Source: Chiloscyllium plagiosum (lineage: Eukaryota). From it: DNA of 64,000 nucleotides. The DNA lies in contig NC_057728.1 in assembly GCF_004010195.1 (NCBI RefSeq), positions 48,839,152 to 48,903,151 of the forward strand. Reading direction: 5' to 3'. A program made the translations under genes and the position numbers. The notes under the pieces were generated by a model. It was given only the letters and a program-made list of their open reading frames with translations, had not been told where the DNA came from and searched no databases. Shown in pieces: positions 27,460-39,819 of the stretch (positions are counted from its first letter, which is position 1; every line of letters starts with the position of its first letter).

Positions 27460-29057
27460 AGTTTTGCACCAGTGTTTACTATTGAGAAGACCGTGGAAGA
27501 TAAAGATTGTGGGGAAATAGATGGTGACATCTTGAAAAATGTCCATAATACAGAGGGGGAGGTGCTGGATGTCTTGAAATGCATAAAAGTGGATAAATCC
27601 CCAGGGCCTGATCAGATGTACCCTAGAACTCTGTGGGAATTGAGGGAAGTGATTGCTGGGCTCCTTGCTGAGACCTTTGTATCTTCGATAGTCACAGAGG
27701 AGGTGCCAGAAGACTGGAGGATGGCTAACATGGTGCCACTGTTTAAGACAGGTGATAAGAAAATGCCAGGGAACTACAGACTGGTGAGTCTGACATCAGT
27801 GTTCGACAAGTTGTTGGAGGGAATCCTGAGGGACAGGATGTACATGTATTTGGAAAGGCAAAGACTGATTAGGGATAGTCAACATGGCTTTTTGTGTGGG
27901 AAATCATGTCTCACGAACTTGATTGAGTTTTTTTGAAGAAGTAACAAAGAGGATTGATGAAGGCAGAGTAGTAGATGTGATATCTATGGACATCAGTGAA
28001 GTGTTCGACAAGGTTCCTATGGTGGACTGGTTAGCAAGGTTAGATCTCATGACGAGCCATTTGGGATACAGAACTGGCTCAAAGGTAGAAGACAGAGGGT
28101 GATGTTGGAGGGTTGGAGGCCTCTGACCAGTGGTGTGCCACAGGAATCATTTATATAAATGATTTGATATGTACATAGGAGGTATAGTTAGTACGTTTGC
28201 AAATGACACCAAAATTGGAGATGTAGTGGACAGCAAAGAAGGTTACTTCAGATTACAATGTGATCTTGATCAGATGGGCCAATGGGCCAAGACGTGGCAG
28301 ATCCAGTTTAATTTGGATTTATGTGAGGTGGTGCATTTTGGGAAAGCACATCTTAGTAGGACTTATATACTTTATGGTAAGGTCCTAGGGAGTATTGCGG
28401 AACAGAGACCTTGGAGTGCAGGTTCATAGTTCCTTGAAAGTGGAGTCGCAGGTAGATAGGATAGTGAAGAAGGCATTTGGTATGCTTTCCTTTATTGGTC
28501 AGAGCATAGAGCTGAGAGGCCACTTTTGGAATATTGCATGCAATTCTAGTCTCTCTCCTATTGGAAGGATGTTGTGAAACTTGAAAGGGTCCAGGAAAGA
28601 TTTACAAGGATGTTGCCAGGGTTGGAGGATTTGAACCATAGGGAGAGGCTGAATCAGCTGGGGTTGTTTTCCCTGGAGTGTCAGAGGCTGAGGGGTGACC
28701 TTATGGAGTTTTATAAAATCATGAGAGGCATAGATTGGGTAAATAGACAAAGTCTTTTCCTAGGGGTGGGTGAGTCCAGAACTAGAGGGCATAGGTTTAG
28801 GGTGAGATGGGAAAGATATAAAAGGTACATAAGGGGCAACTTCTTTCCTACAGAGTGTGTGTGAAATGAGCTGCCAGAGGAAGTGATGGAGGCTGGTACA
28901 CTTACAACATTTAAAAGGCATCTGGATGGTATACGAATGGGAAGGTTTAGATGGATATGAGCCAAGTGCTGGCAAATGGGACTAGATTAGGTTAGAATAT
29001 CTGGTCTGCTTGGACAAGTTGGACCGAAGGGTCTGTTTCTGTGCTATGACTCTATGA
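27460..29057 (+). mobile_element. CR1/HER1 LINE RT + 3' end (same subfamily as 4070..5714)
   Basis: [40 protein letters not shown]; ctatga tail. Confidence 0.92.
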
Positions 29058-29064
29058 TAGACAT

Positions 29065-30113
29065 TTATAAGATTGTGAATGGCATGGATAGAGTGGAAAG
29101 TCTGAGGCTTTTTCCTAGTGTGGAGGGGTCAATTACTAGGGGACACAGGTTCAAGGTGCAAGGGGGGAGGAGTTTAAAAGAGAACTGTGAAGCACATTTT
29201 TCACACAAAGGGTGGTGAGTGCCCAGAATGCATTGCCAGAGGAGGTGATGGAAGCAGACACAATAGAAGCATTCAAGAAGCACCTGAATGAATACATGAA
29301 TAGGAAGGGAATAGAAGGATACAGATCCTGTAAGTGAAGATAGTTTAATATGGAAGAGAAAAATGTGTCAGTGCAGGTTTGTACAAAGTTAAAAATCACA
29401 CACCAGGTTATAGTCCAACAGGTTTATTTGGAAGCACTAGCTTTCTGAGCGCTGCACCTTCATCAGGTGGTTGTGGAGTATAAGATCATAAGGCACAGAA
29501 TTTATAGCAAACGTTTACAGTGTTGGTAACTGAAATTATATATTGAAAAAGACATGGATTGTTTGTTAAGTCTCTCATCTTTTAGAATGACCATGTTAAT
29601 TTCAGTTCTTTCATATGTAAATCGCAAAACCTTTTTAAAAGTTACATTCTCAAGTGACCTTTAACAATTGGTGTCATGTCAGCCCAGATAAGGTGTGAGG
29701 TACCCTGTGTGAGACTGTTTGTGCCACAATGGTCAGACTGATTCTAATCTAAAAAACGGATTTACAGAATCTTACATGGATTCATGCAGTTTTTGAGCAA
29801 AGTGTAATTCTGCAAGTACAATTCACCCCATAAACATATCTGTGTATGTGTGTGGGGGTGAGGGGTGGTTATGAGTGTCTGTGAGATAGTGTGTGTGTAT
29901 GAGTGTGACTGTAAAAGGGTAAGTCTGTGAGAGGGTGCATGTGTGTGTATAAGAGAGGGTCTGGTGAGTGTATGGGTCGGTAGGAGAGGGTGTGTGTCTA
30001 AAGGAGTGTCTGTGTGCGAGTGTATGTATATGCAATGGCGTCACCTGTAGTGTGACATGAACCCAAGGTTTGGGAAGTCAAAAGGCCTGTTCCTGTTCTG
30101 TATTGTTCTTTGT
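29065..30113 (+). mobile_element. CR1 3' end split by a PLE insertion
   Basis: CR1 tail 29065..29381 resumes at 30066..30113; duplicated aggtttg. Confidence 0.7.
29382..30065 (-). mobile_element. PLE 3' end (family D) with hammerhead motif and (CA)-rich tract
   Basis: Minus strand begins LGFMSHYR* (C-terminus typical of Neptune-like PLE ORFs); CAC CTGATGA A GGTGC AGC GCTCA GAAA GC TA GTG at complement(29435..29469). Confidence 0.75.
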
Positions 30114-32537
30114 ACCTCTGCAGCACACAGCTCCTGGCTCAGAAGTTGTCACTCCACGAATGAGAGCCCCTCACTTTGATACAGATACATTATTTTCCTA
30201 ATCAACCTGTTCACAGTTATTGGTTATACACTTTTTCATCCCTTAGGGCTTGAACCCAAGCCTTCTGGTTCATTGGTTCACTGCACCACATGAACCCATT
30301 GGTGTCTTATTAATCAGGTTAAAATGTATACATGTTATTCTAGGAAGACAGCAATTGTATAATTAATTATGACATTAATGCAATGAGCATTATTCGTGTT
30401 AGAATCTCTTGTGAGTAGGCCATGAATTGAAATTCCAGGGGAAGAAGAAAATGGATGATTTAAAAAACAGGGGACTAATTGAGCAAGACAGATATCGCAA
30501 ATCTATTGTTCTCACTTTAAAGTTAATAAAACGTCCCTGCGTGAATACAGCGCTCTTTATATTCTGACATATGGTATATTCAGCTATTACCTCTGATTAA
30601 AGGTAGCGCACAAAAATATCAGCCGGGTGTTTCTGTTCGGTAACGCTGATTTTTAACTTGGTGCATTTTGCCTGAAATCCACAAAAGAATCGCGGAATTT
30701 TAAGCACAAATTCCACTCAATGCATCTCGTGACCCTTTGCAAAAAAACATTCAATCTGGCCAAGCTGCCAGCATGAATGAATCACCGCTGAGAGTTTATA
30801 TTCACCAGGCTCGTTTGCAGACCTCTGAACAGATGAAAAATTACGCTGACTCGACTTGGTGCAAGGAAATAGGACTGTCCTAAGAGCTTTTAAATGTTTA
30901 CTTTTAATTGCACCAAGAAACCGACCACTCCTCCCGCTATAACCGACGCTTTATAGAAAATTATGCATGTAAAGTCAGATCGCTCGCAAATTGTGATTAA
31001 AACATCTTTTTTGCAATGAATCAATTTTCAACTGCATTAATCAAATGCCAACCATTTACCGCTTGTAAGTATATCATAGAGTATTTTTCAAAACTATCAA
31101 GGCAGATTTTGTGTTCGGCGACATCTAAATAATTTTAAGATACTGGTGGGGAAAAAAACTGCACTCCTCGAAATGACATCTCCGATTGTGTCAGACTGGA
31201 AATGCTACTGCCTGATCTGTGAGAGGTTATGAATTGAGCGAAACAGGCAACTGAGCAAAATAAAGGCAGGTGGAATCGAAGTGCAGTTACCTGCACCTGA
31301 AGTAGATGGTGCTGCATAGATTATATTGAAAAAGCAGAGGATTGAATATAACTACAAATCTTAGTCGAGTTGGGTTTTCAACGTGTCCAATCAAAGCAGA
31401 ACTGCATTCGCTCATACATCACAAAGCTGAACTGTATACTATAGCTTCAACACTATAACATGAGGCAGTGGAGCTGGTGCCTTGATTAAATAGTACTTTG
31501 GTTTGATTTCAATTTGATTACCAGTCTAGTCACAGAGAGACAAAGAGAGAAATTGTGAACTCAGGAGGTTCAAATGCTTTGAGGGTGATCCTTAGAAGGA
31601 CACAGAAGACTGCATAAGAAAGAAAGATGGCTGCAAAATATTCTATTCCCATTTTGAAACAATCCATTAATGTATAGAAGCATGTCTAGAGATAAAGTAG
31701 GTCCATAAAATTGCTTCAAATTGTCTGCAGAATGAGGGTAAGCATGTTCATGTTGGTAGAATACAGATTTAGGACTAATATTTGCGAGTTCTTCACACAC
31801 CGGGTGACCTATATATGGAGTGAGCTTTTAAGTGTAGGCAAAATTCTGGAACATTTAAATAGAATTTGGTTGGGATTTCTTTTTGCTCTGTGGGCAACAT
31901 TGGCAAAGCCACCATTTGTTACCTCTCCCTGCTAGATCATGTCAGATGGCAGTTAATAATCAACCACACTGGCATAGGTCTGGAATCACATGCAGGTTAG
32001 ACCAGGTAAGTGTGGTCCCGAAATGGGCATGTGATTGACAATTAATGATTGTCACTACTCAGCTATTCCAGATTTATTAGTAGTATTTACAATCCATCAG
32101 CTTCCATGGTGGGATTTGAATCTCTGTCCCCACAACATTTCTTGGGGCCTATTGGACTAGTTCAATTATATAACTTCACTGCCTCCCTCCCCCAGTTAGC
32201 TGGACATTGTAATAACAAGTTGGTTTTCTAAATAGAATATTATCATTTAACCCAACATAAACTTGGGACCTTGTGTGATTAAATTATTTGCATTAACCTC
32301 TCGTGAAACTTCATGGAGCATAAAATAACCATGCGCATTGACAATACGATGATTTAAATGGAAAAGAATGGAAGAACATGTGCATTCTTCGTTTTTTTTT
32401 CTAAAATGTATGCATAGGATGTGGTTCTTACTTTTTTTGTCTGCAGTGACTTGTTAGGTCATTCCAGGGGCAGTTAAGAGTCATTCCTGGCGATCCATTG
32501 TCATATGTAGACAAGATGAGGTAGAGACTGTAGCCTT

Positions 32538-33808
32538 CATAGAATCATTAAGCTTGGAATTAGACCCTTCGATCCAACTTGTCCATGCCAACTAAGTTTC
32601 CCTCACTAAATTAGTTCCATTTGCCTGCATTTGGCCCACATCCCTGTAAACCTTTCCTATTCACGTACCTGTCCAAATGTCTTTTAAATGTCGTAACTGC
32701 AACTGCATCTATCACATCCTCTGGCAATTCACTCCTCACATGTACTACCCTCTGGGTGAAAACGTTGTCCCTCAAGTTCCTTTTAAATCTTTCTCTTCTC
32801 ATTTTAAACCTATGCCCTCTGATTTTGAATTCCCCCACCCTAGGGAAAAGACCTTTGCTATTCACCTTATCTATGCCCCTCATGATTTATAAACCTCTAT
32901 AAGGTCAACCCTCAACCTCCTATGCTCTAGTGGAAAAGTCCCAGCCTTTCTTTATAACTCAAACCCCCCCAGTCCGGGCAATTGCTTTTTTGAACTGTCC
33001 CCAATTTAATAATATCCTTCCTATAGGCAGGGCGACCAGAACTGTACACAGTATTCTAAAAGTGGCCTCATCAGTGTACTGTATAAAGACATGACATTGC
33101 AACTCCTATTCTCAATGGTCTGAGAAACGAAGGTATGCATGCTAAATGCCTTAACAACCTGCAATTTTCAAAGAATTACGTACCTGAACCCCAAGGACTT
33201 TCTGTTCGACAGCATTATAGATCGACATCCTGGGTTCTACCATTAACCTGCCCTTGTTCATCTTACCAAAACGCAATACCTCGCATTTATCCAAAACTTT
33301 ATCTGCCACTTCTCAGCCCATTGGCCCAATTAATCAAGGTCCCTTTGTAATCTTAGATAACTTTATTCACTGTCCACCAATTTTGGTGTCATCTGCAAAC
33401 TTACTCACTAAGCCTCCTAAATTTTCATCCAAATCATATATAAATCACAAATAAAAGTGGACCCTATACCAATTCCTGTGGCACACCACTGGTCACAGTC
33501 CTCCAGTCTAAAAAACAACCCTCCACCAACACCACCCTCTGATTCCTACCATCAAACCAATTTTGTATCCAATTGGCAAGCTCTCCCTGAATCCCATGTG
33601 ATCTAACTTTACTAACCAGGTTCTGCCATGCCTTGTCAAAGGCTTTACTAAAGTCCATGTAGACAATGTCTACCACTCTGCCTTCATCTAACTTTTTGAT
33701 CATGTCGTCAAAAAATTCACTGAAGTTAGTGAGATACAATTTTCAATGCATACAGTCATGCTGATATCCCTAACCAGCCCTTGCCCCTCAACATGTATGT
33801 AAATTCTA
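32538..33808 (-). mobile_element. CR1 LINE RT/3' fragment inserted in an older SINE
   Basis: [26 protein letters not shown]. Confidence 0.88.
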
Positions 33809-34476
33809 AAGGAAATTAGTGAACCAGCTGGATTTTTATGACAATCCAGAATGGTTTTATGGTCACGTTTAAGGCTTTTAATTACAGGTTTTTAAAATCG
33901 AAATCAAATTCTATCATCTCCCATGGTGGAGTAGGAACTTGGGGCCCTACTACATTACATAGGATTAATAGTCCAGTAATAATTCCACTATCCATTGCCT
34001 CCCTTTAGAGGGTAAAATCCACGTTGGTCAGACCGTTAAGGAATGGGAGTAGGCCATTCGGCCCCTCAAGTCTGCTTCACCATTCAATACGATCGAAAAT
34101 GCCTTATCTTGACCTAGGATTTGGTGGAATCGATTCGTTTCTGGCAGACGTGATCAAAATGCAAACGGTGGTGGAAGCGAGATAAGGCGGGATGGGGGGA
34201 GCAGCCATACATACGCAACAAGAAAATATCGCAGGCTCTTGTTCAGAGATGATGAGAGGCAGCACTGGCTGGAATGTCTCTCCTGCCTTTGCCAGCTGTT
34301 GTGTCAGCATTTCCTACAAACCCTGTGGTGTGGCGCACCAGACAGAAAATAATAAATAGTTTCATTTATAAAAACGAGGGCTTATAAAATCTCCATGTTT
34401 ACTCTGCGACATTTCTTAATTTATGAGAAGCAAGTTAAGGACAATGGTTCTGAGGATTTGACTTGAATTAAATGTT

Positions 34477-34695
34477 CTGGATCAATGGTGCTGGAAGAGC
34501 ACAGCAGTTCAGGCAGCATCCAAGGAGCAGCGAAATCGACGTTTCGGGCAAAAGCCCTTCATTATTCCTGATGAAGGGCTTTGCCCGAAACGTCGATTTC
34601 GCTGCTTCTCGGATGCTGCGTGAACTGCTGTGCTTTTCTAGCACCACTAATCCAGAATCTGGTTTCCAGCATCTGCAGTCATTGTTTTTACCTCG
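34477..34695. mobile_element. Palindromic PLE mini element (family A variant) with intact hammerhead core, upstream of LRRC10
   Basis: Arms 34477..34562 and 34571..34655; CTGATGA A GGGC TTT GCCC GAAA CG TC at 34568..34594; 14-bp TSD ttgaattaaatgtt. Confidence 0.88.
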
Positions 34696-34739
34696 TTGAA
34701 TTAAATGTTGCCTGAACTTTGAAAAATCGAGTCATGTGT

Positions 34740-35076
34740 GACAGACCTGGCCGCATAATAGCATTTCAGTGGAGTGTGATTTATAGCCGACTGCTTTCAG
34801 GTTTGGCAAATATCTCTGACAAGAGCAGCACTTAGCTCTGTAGATAAGGAAGGGCGCTGACAATGTGTGCTGGATTCTTCCAGTGAAAGTGAACTTATAT
34901 GGTCCTCACTGTAAGGTCACGTCCAACTCGCTCTGCAGCCGACACAGTGCAGTTATCAGGAAACCTCTCGGTGAGTTCCAACCATTTTAAAAAGCCAGGG
35001 GAACCTTTTCTTCCCCACTTTGCAAAGCTCAGGAGCAGGGGGAGCATTCTGCAGTTTGAAGGAACATGCAGCGGGA
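34740..35076 (+). promoter_or_regulatory. Putative LRRC10 proximal promoter/5'UTR with GATA sites and a CArG-like box
   Basis: AGATAA at 34842..34847, TTATCA near 34953, CArG-like ACTTATATGG (1 mismatch) at 34893..34902. Mammalian Lrrc10 is regulated by GATA4/Nkx2-5/SRF. Short motifs, so weak evidence. Confidence 0.35.
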
Positions 35077-35919
35077 ATGGGCAACGCTCTGATGTCCGTC
35101 GTCGCTTTCTTCCCGTCGAAATCGTGCCAGAAACTCGTCCTGGGCGGCGACATCGAGGAGATGCCGCCGGACAAAATGCTGGACTTGAGCGGGAGGCACC
35201 TGAGGAGGTTCCCGGTGCAGGCCTGCGCCTTCACGCAGCTCCTGAAGTTGTACCTCAGCAACAACAACCTGAGCAGCCTGCCCGCCGAGCTGCAGCTGCT
35301 GGGCCGCCTGCAGATCCTGGCGCTGGACTTCAACCGGTTCCGGGAGCTCCCCGTGGCGGTGTGCCGCCTCCGTCAGCTCTCCATCCTGTACCTGGGCAAC
35401 AACAGCCTGTGTGACCTGCCGGCCGAGCTCAGCGCGCTCGCCGACCTCAAGACGCTGTGGATCGAGTGCAACTGCTTCGAGCGCGTGCCGCAGGTGGTCG
35501 CCGAGTTCCGGCAGCTGCGGGTCCTCCACGCCGGCTGCAACCAGCTGGGGGAGCTGCCGCGGGAGTTGCGGCGGCTCCGGCAGCTGCAGAGCATCTGGTT
35601 GCCGGGCAACCAGCTCGGCGACTTCCCGCCGGTCCTGCTGGAGATGGAGAGCCTGGAGGTGATCGACGTGGACCGCAACAAGATCAGGTGCTTCCCCAGC
35701 CTGGCGCACATGAAGAACCTAAAGCTGGTGATGTACGACCACAACCCGTGCAAGAACGCCCCCAGGGTGGCGCAGGAGGTCAGGAGGGTGGGGCGCTGGG
35801 CTGACTACCGCCCCGAGGACCACATTAAGTCACCGGCGGAGGTCGCGCCCGAGCAAGTGGGAGAGAGCAGGGACGTTGAAGCAGCAGCGAAGGCTGGACA
35901 AAACCAGGAGTTCGCTTAA
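35077..35919 (+). CDS. LRRC10: Leucine-rich repeat-containing protein 10 (cardiac-enriched in other vertebrates), single coding exon, 280 aa
   Basis: ORF 35020..35919; likely start is the ATG at 35077 (ggaATGg). MGNALMSVVAFFPSKSCQK...MPPDKMLDLSGRHLRRFP, then tandem LxxLxLxxNxLxxLP repeats and C-terminal YDHNPCKNAPRVAQEVRRVGRWA. Intronless and convergent with CCT2, as for mammalian LRRC10. Confidence 0.93.
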   Translation: MGNALMSVVAFFPSKSCQKLVLGGDIEEMPPDKMLDLSGRHLRRFPVQACAFTQLLKLYLSNNNLSSLPAELQLLGRLQILALDFNRFRELPVAVCRLRQLSILYLGNNSLCDLPAELSALADLKTLWIECNCFERVPQVVAEFRQLRVLHAGCNQLGELPRELRRLRQLQSIWLPGNQLGDFPPVLLEMESLEVIDVDRNKIRCFPSLAHMKNLKLVMYDHNPCKNAPRVAQEVRRVGRWADYRPEDHIKSPAEVAPEQVGESRDVEAAAKAGQNQEFA

Positions 35920-36212
35920 AGAAAAGGTGTAAAGTCCTTCAGACAATTTTAAACCCCAATGTCACACGTGAGAAATGTAATTTTCAGGCTTCCAGTTTCG
36001 CTTTAAAATATGCAGAAAGTACTAAAACATTGATTTGTTTTCTTCTGAGGAACGTCAACGGAATGGGACACTGATATCCACCCCCACCCCCAGGACTCCA
36101 TTACAAGTAGCAATAATTAAGCAAGGGAGGGCTCTTGGGCCCAGTGATAGTGACCCTATCTCTGAGCCCGGAGGCTCCCAAATTCAAATCTCAGCTGCTG
36201 CAGAGGTCCGTG

Positions 36213-36412
36213 GAGTCACACAGCACAGCAACACAGCCTTCGGTCCAACCTATCGATGCCGAACATAATCCCAAACTAACCAAGCCCCACCTGCCTGCTC
36301 CTGGCCCACAAACCTTTCCTATTCATGTACTTATCCAAATGTCTTATAATTGTACCCCCATTCACCACTTCCTGAGGACGTGCATTGCTCAGGCGAGCCA
36401 CCCTCTGAACAG
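36213..36412 (-). mobile_element. CR1 3' tail fragment
   Basis: cacagcacagcaacacagccttcggtcc...cacctgcctgctcctggccca. Confidence 0.7.
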
Positions 36413-36439
36413 GTTGATTTGAAAAATGCCTAAAGCTAG

Positions 36440-37295
36440 ACAATGCAGCAAATACTCATCAGGTTATGTAGCAACTGTGAAGGGAAGAACAGAGTTAGTG
36501 ATATTAGAAATTTAAAACAATTTCAAGTACAAAGTGGGAGGGGTTTGGAACATAACACTTAAAGGGGAATTAAATGCAAAAAGAATTGCAAAGGAAGTAA
36601 AATGAATGGTAATAGGATACTCAAAAAAGAAACCTAGGATTGATATCAAAGGTGAGAACAGTCAGAGCAGAATAATCACCAGTTACTGTTCTATTTTATT
36701 AAGCAAGGGTATCAAGGCAGGCATATGGAGTTAGGTCAGATTAGCCATTTTCTTATTGATGGCCTACTTCTGTTCCCATGTTCCTAAGTAGTGTTGAACT
36801 CCATGTTGAGTCTGAAAGACCGTAAAACATATTGCCAAAAGATAAAGTTCTGTACCTCAAGTTTCTGTTGAATTTCATTGGAAGTTTAAGAGGTAGTAAT
36901 GTTAGACTAAAGTGAAGAGTTGAAATAGCAGGGATAGGAAACTTAGAGCAATTAGTTTATGAGCTAAATGGAAGTATTCTGCAAAGCAGTTCTCCAGTGT
37001 GCATTTGGTCTCCCTCACATATAGCGCCACAGCGTAAGCAATCTGATCTTAGCCCTCAGAACTGATTTTCTGTGTTGGCTTTCACCTTATTTGGTGTCTT
37101 CTCATCTACATTTGTGACTATTGCTTGAAACGTTTTAAATCTCTTTGCCTTTTCTGGTTCTGATGAAAGAGCATTAGATTATTTGCCTTAACTAGAGTTA
37201 ACAGTAATCTCTCTACAAATGTTACCCAGTCTGCTGGTAGTTGAAACATTCTGTTTTTATGACAAATTTGAAACATCTACAGTATTTTGCTTTTG
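36440..37295. mobile_element. Ancient decayed PLE with inverted ends and GIY-YIG remnant
   Basis: Minus strand about 36975..37040 reads CLRCG/LYVRETKCTLENCFAEY; decayed terminal arms at both ends; ctgatgaaagag near 37160. Confidence 0.55.
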
Positions 37296-39819
37296 TAATT
37301 TAATCTTTCATCTCATTTTTATATTATAAATAATGGGTTCTGTGGTGCAGGGCTGTACATTCATCACCAAAATCTATGATCAAAAGATGAAGAACACTAA
37401 AGGCCCCTAGGCAGAACACAAGATTTGGAGAAAGATATGGTGGTAAAAGGAATAACACAAACTGTAGAATTAATAAACTATGTCCCACATGCATTTTGAT
37501 GTGGAAAACAAACCTTAGAAGCTAACAATTGGGAAACAACATTACTGGTCTTTATGGGCATACCAGAATGAGTGTTTTCACAATCAGATCAAAAATGTCA
37601 TGAAAAATTGCAAAAATAATATTTGTCATTCTAAGTCTCCAGATATCAAAAGCACCTCAAGAAAATAACAGCCCCTGGGGGAATCGTATGCCTCCCAGAA
37701 TACAGCCATTGCTTTGTTTTATATGGTTGCTTCTGACAGTATACTTGGCTTTGGAAATTAGGACTATGACGTGAAAAGAGCATTACTGTGCATCTAACCT
37801 TCTGTCTATCTGGTCTACGAACAAATCACTTCAGCACTTCATAGTCTAAGTGAATATGATTTAATTCCACAGCACCGATACTATTTGATCACAAGAATTC
37901 AGAATTTCATTTTAGTATGATAGCACTAGGGAGACAAAAAGAAAGCCTTTGCAGTGTCAACCATGTCTCTACTAACAATATTTCAGCAATTATGCAATCA
38001 AAAAGTGATGGCTGCCATGCCTTGCTGCATTAATCTGGGAGCAAAGTGCAGATCACTTTTAATTTATGCATCAAACAATACCTGGCATTCTTATTTTTTA
38101 AGAATTTAGAATGCAAGGCCACTATTTGGAAGTGCTTTTTCTGACCTCAGTGCCATAGGCTATGTATTGCAATATTGGAGAAATCCTTGTTAAAAAAGAA
38201 AGAACCATGGGTTCAATGCATCAAAATTTTCCAAATATCTTTTCTCGAGTAACTCCTAAGAAAATGTTTTTGTGATATGGTGATGTCTAGTTCTCCACAG
38301 GGCACTATCATGCGATTTAGGATTTTTGGAATGACTTGACAATTCATCTCTAACACATGAAGGAATCACAGTTTCTGAGCAACAGACCCATTCTCAAATC
38401 CCAGATATTCAGTTGCTCCATTGTCAAAGTAACTGCACCGAAACAGTGATTGATCACCATCTAGAGCCTATTTAATTAAGAAGCATTTCTATAAAGGTCA
38501 ATATGCTATCCTCTTGGTCCCAGTGTGCCAAAAACCGTGGTGCAACATTGGCACCAAAGGCACAGTGTAAATGACAGCATTAAACTGCAGTGCAGATCTT
38601 ATTTTAAATGATCTCTCCTTGATATTTCAAGTATTAACATCGCCCTTACTCTTGATGGACAAGATATTTTACAACGATGTATTTTTTACAATTGTTTTTA
38701 AATTGATCTGACTTGATTGTACTGTCATGTGTGCTAAAGTACAAATGTACAAGTCCATGGTGCATTAAAGTTTCCTCTAAGATACATGTGTTTACATTTC
38801 ATGAGATTTAAAGAAGGGTGCTTTGTCTGAACAATCATGTTCATGTGGCAATTGCTGTATAACTTGGTGAATTTCCAGTCCTTGGTTTTGTTTGTGATGA
38901 CTTGCTTTACTGTCAATATATTTTGCATCACAATAATATTTATGGTGACCTTTTGTATATCACTGTAATGCATTGAGGAAAGTATGCTATCAGTGAGAGC
39001 CTTCAAAAAGCCTTCTCTTTTGTCTCCTTCACTCATAGCTTCTGTGGACTTTAGGGTTAATGAGGATCTGTGATGTTTTTTCCTTTCTCACACTCCATTG
39101 TAGAATCCTAATTCTGTACTTTTAAATTGAAAAATACATTTGGAACAATAAATCATTTTAGATGAACACTAGCTTTCCTGAAGGTTCATTCAGTAAAGTC
39201 GACTTAATATATTAAGTCATACAGATCAGAAAGACTTTTAACTTAATTGCTGGTCAGTACCACACACATTAATGTCTTCAAGTGGTTTCTGTTGGTCAAC
39301 ACAAACAAATGCGCCAAGTTTTGTTATATATAGTATATATGCTGGGTGAAACAGAATTAGATCATTTAGGATGCTTTCTCCCATCACAGAATTGTGATCA
39401 ACTCTGATAAACCTCCACCCCCTTCTTCAGCCCAAAGACCAAATAATAAAAACATTTACATTCAAGGAAGTTTTAAAGACTTATAATTTGTGCCAAATTT
39501 GTGATTAAAAACCATACTTCAACATATTTCAATGCTTCTGAGGGTTAAGGGATGGGGAATAAATATGGCACATTGTTAACAAACATTTACTTAAACATAG
39601 TACTAAACCAACAAGATTTTTTGATTCTTACCAAATTCAGATTAAGCATTGATCAAGAGGACATAAAAATAATAATTTCAATCATGGTTCATAAATTAAT
39701 ATTCAGTTTTATGTTGTCCCTCACTACCTGAGAGTTGTTCATTGGCTTTTTTAAAACAATACCGTAATTGGTAATTTATCAACAGTGAATGCAAGTCATG
39801 AGGAGAGAATGCAAAACAC

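Noticed and set aside
35020..35076. 19-aa N-terminal extension of LRRC10 in the ORF track
   Set aside because: Begins at TTG; known orthologues start at MGN, and the ATG at 35077 has a strong context
34899..35804. Several long overlapping ORFs on both strands over LRRC10 (171, 125, 226, 126, 115 aa)
   Set aside because: Shadow ORFs expected from extreme GC3 bias; no recognisable domains
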